From Octopus vulgaris (Eukaryota): a stretch of 64,000 nt of DNA. Below the pieces are notes generated by a model, which was not told where the DNA came from, ran no database searches, and was given only the letters and a program-made list of their open reading frames with translations. The position numbers and the translations under genes are program-made. The DNA lies in the NCBI GenBank assembly GCA_951406725.2, contig OX597826.1, forward strand, positions 61,938,001-62,002,000, given 5' to 3'. Below are positions 56,052 to 64,000 of this stretch, piece after piece (positions within the stretch are counted from its first letter, which is position 1; the number at the start of each line of letters is the position of its first letter).

Positions 56052-56502
56052 CATATATAGGTAGATAGATAGATACATATATATATATGCATACATACAT
56101 ACATACATATCAATTTATCAGTGGAAATTTAAAAGACAAAGTCTGGGCAGTGGCGTAGGAAAACCACAAACTGTAATTACAATACAAATATATCAGGCTA
56201 CTAAATATACACAAAATTTGTTCTCTGGTCTTTAAATCGAAATACACAAATATACACGCACATACACACATACAGAAGCTCCCCACATATACATATGTGT
56301 ATATTTATGCATATATATATGTATATGCATGTGTGTGAATGTTTTTGGGAGGGAAGCACATGCGTACTGATCGGAGGTTCATTTCTTATCGTGTAATCAG
56401 TTATTTGGCTGGTAATACACAGAAACGATTTGAGAATAGTTGACGGATGAGGACCGGATGGCTTATATGGATTACAAATGTGTTAACAAACCACATTGAA
56501 AC

Positions 56503-56725
56503 TGGTGTGGTCTTGACCTTAGGGTATTACACTCGCGATTGCAATATCTTGGTTTCTATTCCTGGGCCGGGCTGTGCTTATAGTTCTTGAGTAAAACATT
56601 TCATTTCGCGTTACCCCAGTAAATGATTACCGCTTCGGAAAACTGTCATCCCGTTCAGGATTTATATTGTGATATCGGATTCTTATATGGCATGGAGTCC
56701 GTCCATGTGACTGCTAAGGCTCGAA
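56503..56725 (+). mobile_element. Degenerate SINE family B-like head
   Basis: TTAGGGTATTACACTCGCGATTG..GGTTTCTATTCCTGGGCCGGGC..TTGAGTAAAACA. Confidence 0.55.
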
Positions 56726-58104
56726 GACAGCTATGTCCCAGGCTACTGATTTATTTACTTAAATTGCCATGTGATCAGTGGTGTAATTTTCTATGCTAAA
56801 TACAAAGATATTCAAAAATTTCAAGAGCAACAAGTTTGGTACCATGTTGTTGTTTAACATTGTTGTGGTATTTTAAACGATGTGTGTGTGTCTGTTGTTT
56901 TTATGTGAGCAATAAGCCACAATACTTCTTTCCATTTCTAAACTGTGATAATTTCATGCAGAATAACAAAGTAATGATTGTGGCATTTCATTTATACGTT
57001 AAGTTCCAAAAATATTTGGAGAACATTGTGTTCCTTCGTCGTTACATATAATGGAATATCGTTGATCACGCGTCTAGCTGAAAGTGTTGAAACCCATATT
57101 ATGTATTCGCTTATTGTCAAGTGAGGCCTACCTTTTTGCTGTTGTTTAGCTTCCAATTGCTCTTTTCAAGTATAATAACGATATAAGAGCTCTCGCCCAT
57201 ACATTCCTTTAAATCAGCAATGTACAAGGACAAAGTGAGTCCCAACATCAAGAACCTTTGTGACCGGATAGAGGTTCCTGTCATCATTTCATCAACAAAC
57301 ACTTAGGATTGCAGAAATTTAGGGCATGTCAGCTTTTATCGAGAGTATCTACAACAAAATGATTACCAGCCATTATGCTTTCAGTTGTTAGGGTTATTGT
57401 AGGACTAGATATCTCAAGCATATTTGTGTTTCCTTTCTAGACTATATGTTGTATTTTACAAAAAATGTGGATGCTATTTCAAATGATAGCGCAGTCATTT
57501 ATTGTGGATAAACGGTGTAAAGAAGTACTCTGAATTAGTTTCAGCCATCGCTAGTTTCACATACCATTAAATATTTATTATTAAATTACCCACGAAGATG
57601 GCGAGAGAGTAAAATTTTTAGTAGGTTTAAAACATAATGCGTAGCGGCTGAATTCTAATACCACCGCGGAACTTAGCTTTTCACTCTCTCGAGATCGATA
57701 AAATAGAGCACTAGCCAAGGACTGTAGTGGCTGTAATTGACAAGTCACACTCCAACTGCTGGATTTGGAACACAATTTGAAGCAATTAATTAATGATTCA
57801 CCGTAGGGGCGGATCACCATGAGCAGTAGCGTGACGGAAAAGTGCTTTGTGTTATTTCTTCGACCCCCTCTCAATCATTGTTATTATCTTTGCCAAAACA
57901 ATTCTAGAAAATCCAAGAATCCTAGCCTAGATGTTCATACATATTGGCATTATATCAACAAATGAGATTATTGCGAGTTCAGGAGAATTAAATTGGCCTT
58001 CTGTAAGCCTAAATTAGAGTTTCATTTACATATTTGCTTATTCTCTCAACTACCATGCAATATCGTGTGGTCTCGAAAATTGTTGCATCTCAGAGACCGA
58101 TGAT

Positions 58105-59200
58105 GGCAATTATTCCGAACGTAGAAATCGTCATGAAATTTGGGTCACTGCATAAATGTATTAATAATTGATAGGTCGCTCAAATAGAACTTGCTGGCAA
58201 TATAAGTCTTCTTTTACTTCTATAATGTAGGGAAATAATAGATTCCAAGCTGAATCAAAATGGGTTCTTGACAAAGGAAAGGTGCAGTCTCTCCGATATC
58301 GACAGAAGGTTACAGGATGTTTCTGTAGAATATATTATTGACAAAAGCGATATGCACAGATAGATGAAGGTGAAAGATTAGGAAACTAGCATTGAAAACG
58401 CAGTGGGAAACCTTCAAGTGTGATCACTGGTATGAATTGCAAGTGAGGGAATGAACTGATTTGCGTAGACATACGATTTTGACACCTTATTTGGAGAGAA
58501 GAACGAAAGTTTGTTTTGATCTTCAGCAAGTGCCTGAAGCCAATAAAGACACATATCTGGTGACAAGGAGAGTCCCTTGGGCATATCTTAATGATCCCAA
58601 AAAAACCAAGTCGGGCACCACGGAATGGTATTACACTCATTACACCCCTTCTCCAAGTACTAATGAGGTCAAGAGCCATCGATCTGCAAAACCTGTTTCC
58701 GCAAATGCATTTGCAATCGCACGGTAATCATTTATCAAAATTTTCTGAAACCTGTCGAGTGGTATTCTGAACGTAGAATGCGTCATTAAATTTCAGTCAC
58801 TGCATAAAAACAAAAAGAAGTCATTAGGAGAAAAATGCGAAACGAAAAATATTTTGATCTACATTTGCCAAGACAATACCCGACTACATATATTTTTGAG
58901 AACAAATTAAGAACCAGCAAATTGGTCTGGTTAGTTGCCCCCGCTCATCCTACAGCCAGATCAGGCACCCTTCGGACAGTCATCGGGGTCAAGTAATTTG
59001 ATGATACAAATGATATGAAAGCGAACGTGAAAATGGGTAAAATAGAGCGCGAGTGACAATTTTGAAAGAAGATTCAAGAGTTACGTTCAGTGAGTGCACA
59101 CATGCATTATTTTTGATGGAAACAAACTTTAAATAGTACCATGATATAGAGGACGACATACTGCAGCAACATGTGCAATTTGAACAATCTGTGTCTGTTA
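58105..59200 (+). mobile_element. Mariner (DD34D-type) transposase remnant
   Basis: LVTRRVPWAYLNDPKKTKSGTTEW..SPSTNEVKSHRSAK (IVTGDESW..DPETK..EW-like), QDNTRLH (HDNARPH-like) and SYSQ..PSD. Confidence 0.78.
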
Positions 59201-59310
59201 ATAACAAGTTATATCCCACTTTGTATTATTTTGGGTATCACCTACATGTAAAGTTAGATCGTTTTACTGTAAACATGATTCTATTAGGAATTAATTGAAA
59301 CACAAAAGCA

Positions 59311-59392
59311 TGCTGCACATTAAATGTATTGGCAAAAACACAGTACTGTACCTGCTGCTCATTAAAAGTATTGGCAAAAATACAGTATTGTA
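59311..59392. repeat. 42-bp tandem duplication
   Basis: TGCTGCWCATTAAAWGTATTGGCAAAAAYACAGTAYTGTA occurs twice. Confidence 0.85.
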
Positions 59393-60295
59393 TTTCTCAG
59401 TAGTTGATGACATTCCAATATTTAAGGATGCAAAACAATTTTGACTTTAAAATTTTGGATTTAAGATAACCACAAATACAAGGTTTCAGAAATTTCAAAT
59501 ATATTATATTACCCAAATGGTTTTGTCAGTGGGGTTGTGCAGCAATGCGATATTGTAAGCGAAATAGTATTACTCTACGCATATAACCAATAAAGTGAAT
59601 AAAAAGTTATCCCAGTTATGCATTACTTTCAGAAAAAAACCTCATGCATTTATGAGCACACGCGTGTGAGTGATAGTTTGACAGCGCTTTGGTATATATA
59701 TTTTATGCTCATATGTATTTATAATTTTTATATCTCGTTAGATATATAGAATCGAAAAAAAAGTACACATATTTAAAAGACTAAAAAAATTAACGTTATC
59801 AAGAGAATTGTTGAATTGTAAGGAAATAAGTATAATAATGTAATGTCATTTGGCTAGAGAAGAAGAAAAAGTAGATGGAGAAATGCGCATAGAACAAGAA
59901 AAACGAAGAGAGAATGTGGTGCGGGGTAGGAAGAGACAGATAGGGAGGGAGAGAAAGAGACGTTATCAATTATTTCAGCTAGAATGTCGAAACTCTCAAG
60001 TTGATGAATTGTGCTTAAGAGCTAAACAATACGAATTATAAGAATATCCTCTAGAAATGTCTAATTAATCCACACTAGTTTGATTGTTGCTAAACTATTG
60101 ATTCATTATATGGCTTCTTTCCTGGTCAATAGACTTGTTAACACACAATGGTGTGGTGAATATATTAATGTACACACACACACACACACACACGCACACA
60201 TATATATATGTATATATATATATATGTGTGTATGTATATATATATGTATATATATATGTGTGTGTATATAAATATATATATAATATATATAAAGT

Positions 60296-60348
<53 letters not shown>

Positions 60349-60452
60349 AAATATATGTATATATATATATATGTATATATGACACACATACATAGAAATA
60401 GGTATACATATATATATGTATAAGTAGATATATAAGTGTATGTGTGTGTGAA

Positions 60453-60498
<46 letters not shown>

Positions 60499-60614
60499 TA
60501 TACATATATGTATATGGACATTTACATACTCACACACACACATATATACATGTATGTATATGATCATTTAATGTGCACGGTTTAATGATACGGGCTATTA
60601 ATACAATTTTGCTC

Positions 60615-61030
60615 TCAACACAAGGGTCTAGGCAGGGTTTTTATAATACGCCTTGAGTTTCCAAACAAGCCTTCAGGCTCTGAGCATATGATTTTGTCTA
60701 TTTGCAAATCAGGACGCTGGTGTAAGAGAAATCGAGAGAGAAACAACAAAAAGATGTTACATGCTAAAATTTAACGGTTAAATAAAAAAAGGAAGAAATA
60801 AAGTAAAAGAAAAATTGAGCCATGTCCCTGCTGACCGTACCTTCATAAGTAAGCTAGTTCTTGAGTTCTTGTAGGATTGTTTAACGGAGAGCAAAGGCTA
60901 CAGATCAGTTACTCAATCTCGATAGGGTGTGCACCCCACTTCACCAAATCGGAGGACGCCACCCAGTGTCGAATTACTGGATGAAGTTCGTTTTTTGTTG
61001 GACTCACCTTAACGGAACAGCAAATTCTAT
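60615..61030 (-). other. Candidate spliced chain: introns 61007-60898 and 60840-60717, middle exon 60897-60841
   Basis: Donors AAG|GTGAGT and AAG|GTACGG; strong acceptor TTTCTCTCTCGATTTCTCTTACACCAG|. The joined frame stays open to TGA at 60615. Confidence 0.4.
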
Positions 61031-61509
61031 ATGTGTATATATATAATGTCGAACAATGTAAATGAGAGCTCAACACCGCATTGGTGTATATAATTTCTTC
61101 ATTTGTGAATTAAGGCTACCATTGGTTTTATTTTGAGGAAAGTACGAAAATATCCTAGTGTCTTAACAAATTTTCAAGCCGATCACATAAAGAAGTGTGT
61201 TCGCCTCCATTTTGGAAAACAGCCACATGGGTTCTCGTAAATTCGCGTGAATAAAACAATGGCTCAATAAATCAAATGACGTATTTTGTTAATATTCGGA
61301 TGTTTATCTCCCTTGGATTCGTCTTTTGGGCAAATATTTGCGTGGCAAATTTCTTTGCATTATTTGGTTTTGTTCAGGGCATAGTGTTTTTACACTTGTG
61401 TGCTGAGGCATATTTCTTCATTGTGGGTTATATGTGTTCCTTTTTAGGAGTGGGGCTATGCTGGTGGAGTTACCTACGTGGATAAGGTCTTTTCCTTGAA
61501 ATATTTGAG

Positions 61510-61955
61510 TGTAAATCATTCTTTGTGTATGCAGAGAGATACGGTTTTATCCCTAATATTTAGGATGTTATTTATTGATTGTATAATGTTTAATTTTTCA
61601 GTAATACAGAGTTCACAATTGATACCCCGTCCTCTGAACATTTTGGCTATAGCAATATTTTTCCATTCTATCAGGAGGTTGCTTCTTCCAAACTTCTTTC
61701 AATGTCCATATCATATTTGACGGTGAAGATGCATGTTCTGTTCTTTTGTTTTTGTCTCTCAATGACGCCAGATGCTGTGTATACCTTCCCTTAAACGAGT
61801 TGCCAGTCATTCCGATAAACGTCTTTGCCAATCCATTGGGGTCGGTGATCTTGGCCTTGTATACCAGTTCTTTCACGATACAGTCGTTGTTTAGAGGGCA
61901 GTGGTTTGGAGAGCTACAGTTGCATTGTCTTTTGTGGCTGTTTCTGGTGTGATTC
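61510..61955 (-). mobile_element. Penelope-like GIY-YIG endonuclease 3' end
   Basis: CNCSSPNHCPLNNDCIVKELVYKAKIT..TFIGMTGNSFKGRYTQHLASLR..IWTLKE..CELCITEKLNII..LNIRDKTVSLCIH. Confidence 0.92.
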
Positions 61956-62178
61956 TGTTTATATATACACACACACACATAAGTATATATAAGCATATGT
62001 ATGTATGTCTATGTTTGTATGTAAGTATGTATGTATGTATGTATCTATCTGTCACTCTCTCACTGTGTCTATATATCTCTGTATACATACATACATGCAT
62101 ACATATACGCACACACACACACAGACACACACACATACACACACACACATATATATATATAGCTAGACAGATAGATAA

Positions 62179-62250
<72 letters not shown>

Positions 62251-62596
62251 TGGGAGGAAACATTTGTGAAAAGAGTTTGAGTGAGAAAAAAAAATGTGTG
62301 CTTCTTAAAAAACGACGCTTAAATGTCCTTTCATTATTGGAATGTATTGTTTTATTTAGAAAATGTCACGAGATTTAATGGCAAGTGGTCAAAGACAGAC
62401 ACTGTAACATTTTACACATGAATGCACCGCTAACTTGCATACATACATAAATACATAAATATACTCATAATTTCTTGCGTATATACATATGTATACATAA
62501 ATAATTACATAATTACATACCTACCTACAAGTATACGTGTGTGTATATATATATACGTATATATATATATATATAATGATAAATCTCAGAGCGAGT

Positions 62597-62632
<36 letters not shown>

Positions 62633-62738
62633 TATATATCATATATATAAAATTTTCATTTTCATTTTCATTTTCTAAAACTAACATACTTGCTTATTGT
62701 TCATAACCTATCTTCGTTTTTTGTTTCTTTCTCTTTCT

Positions 62739-62829
<91 letters not shown>

Positions 62830-62944
62830 TGTGTGTATGTATGTATGTATATGTATATATATATATATGTGTATATATATGATTCATATAGGTAGCAGTA
62901 TGCACTGCTTTACTAAAAAGGAAATCTATATTTGTACTTAATAT

Positions 62945-63170
62945 GACTAGTGTTTTAGAAACACCTACATTTCTGGTAGAGCCAGTCCTTATTCACGAGG
63001 CAATGGAAATTGCCACGACTCACCGGTCATTATAGCGAACTGTCGATCGGTGTTTCCAGGCAATTGTCATCCCTGTTAGTATGTATTCAATTATTTGTAT
63101 ACAGATGTGTAAAATTATTTGCATGATAGCGTTTATTTCTAGCAATGTAGGTTTTTCTAACGCCCTAGTC
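62945..63170. mobile_element. MITE with 30-bp TIRs
   Basis: GACTAGTGTTTTAGAAACACCTACATTTCT versus the reverse complement of 63141-63170: 25/30 identical. No coding capacity. Confidence 0.8.
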
Positions 63171-63409
63171 TTATATATATATATATATATATATACATAC
63201 ACGGTGACCTGCTGAACAGTTTCTGACTTTGAGGGCTTTGCGAAAGGCCTGGCTCTGGAAGTTCGACCTACTGAGTCATTTTGTAGGGCTTAGAAAAACA
63301 CTAGGAAACTGTAGTAAGTGTGTGAACATGTTGAATAAAATCATTTTTTAACTGAACCTGCTGTATTTTCTTTTACCCATAGCCACGACATTTTCAGTAA
63401 CACTTCGTG

Positions 63410-63446
<37 letters not shown>

Positions 63447-63534
63447 AAAACTTATTTGGAGAAATAAGAAAGTGACGCGAGGCGTTCAATCATATAATAA
63501 CAATTTAATAAATAAAACATACGCATACATACAT

Positions 63535-63760
63535 ACATATATGTATATACCTACATCTATATGTATATATACATGCATATATATATATATATATATGAGT
63601 GCAGGGCACCACAAATAAACGTAGAACACAACGAGAAACGAAAACATAAAAACAAACAAGGAAACGGACTTTTTTTAACAACGAAAAAAACAGAGTACAA
63701 GACAAACAATACAAGGAATATTCCCCTTCATCAGCTGCCCCTGGTTCGACTCAATGCATA
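63535..63760 (-). mobile_element. Family D element (inverted copy of 14738-14945)
   Basis: Minus strand CTGATGAAGGGGAATATTCCTTG..GTGCCCTGCACTC..GATGTAGGTATATAC. Confidence 0.78.
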
Positions 63761-64000
63761 CATATATATACATATATAAATATATATATACATACATAAT
63801 ATATATATGTGTGTGTGTGTGAATGTATATATATATATATCAGTATGTATATATGTATGTATATATCAGTAAATATACATGAAAATGATCGGGGTGTAAG
63901 GCAATTTGTGGGAGTCAGTGCGAAGTTGGATGGACAAGGGAAAATACGTATTGTAGTACGAAAGAGGGAATATCGTCCGTGTCAGAATAAGTTGGTACAT

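Noticed and set aside
57117-57302. 61-aa ORF (similar traces at 15.9, 20.8, 50.5 and 52.1 kb)
   Set aside because: Only faint resemblance to retroelement motifs; too decayed to annotate.
63200-63410. TA-bounded island with short CACG..CGTG ends and AATAAA
   Set aside because: Could be a solo LTR or MITE, but it is single-copy here and the termini are too short to support a call.

Overview
AT-rich, microsatellite-dense eukaryotic DNA. The SINE families and (TA)n/(CA)n/(TAGA)n load suggest an octopod cephalopod (inference). There is no complete protein-coding gene, and most of the ORF track is microsatellite artefact. The window holds decayed transposons: two mariner remnants, two Tc1/maT-like remnants, a full-length degenerate Chapaev3-like element with TIRs and a TAA TSD, R4/R2-type and CR1/L2 LINE pieces, several Penelope-like (GIY-YIG) remnants, three tRNA-SINE families (some nested, with TSDs) and a MITE. 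One convincing minus-strand exon (54378-54479) and a candidate spliced chain at 60.6-61.0 kb are present. The most interesting signal is a set of short non-coding elements embedded in (TA)n that carry type-I hammerhead-ribozyme-like folds, most with one core or stem defect. These include a near-perfect 158-bp palindrome with two divergent hammerheads (49300-49457). Hammerheads in Penelope elements and retrozymes are known; the non-autonomous families and the palindromic arrangement seen here need testing.
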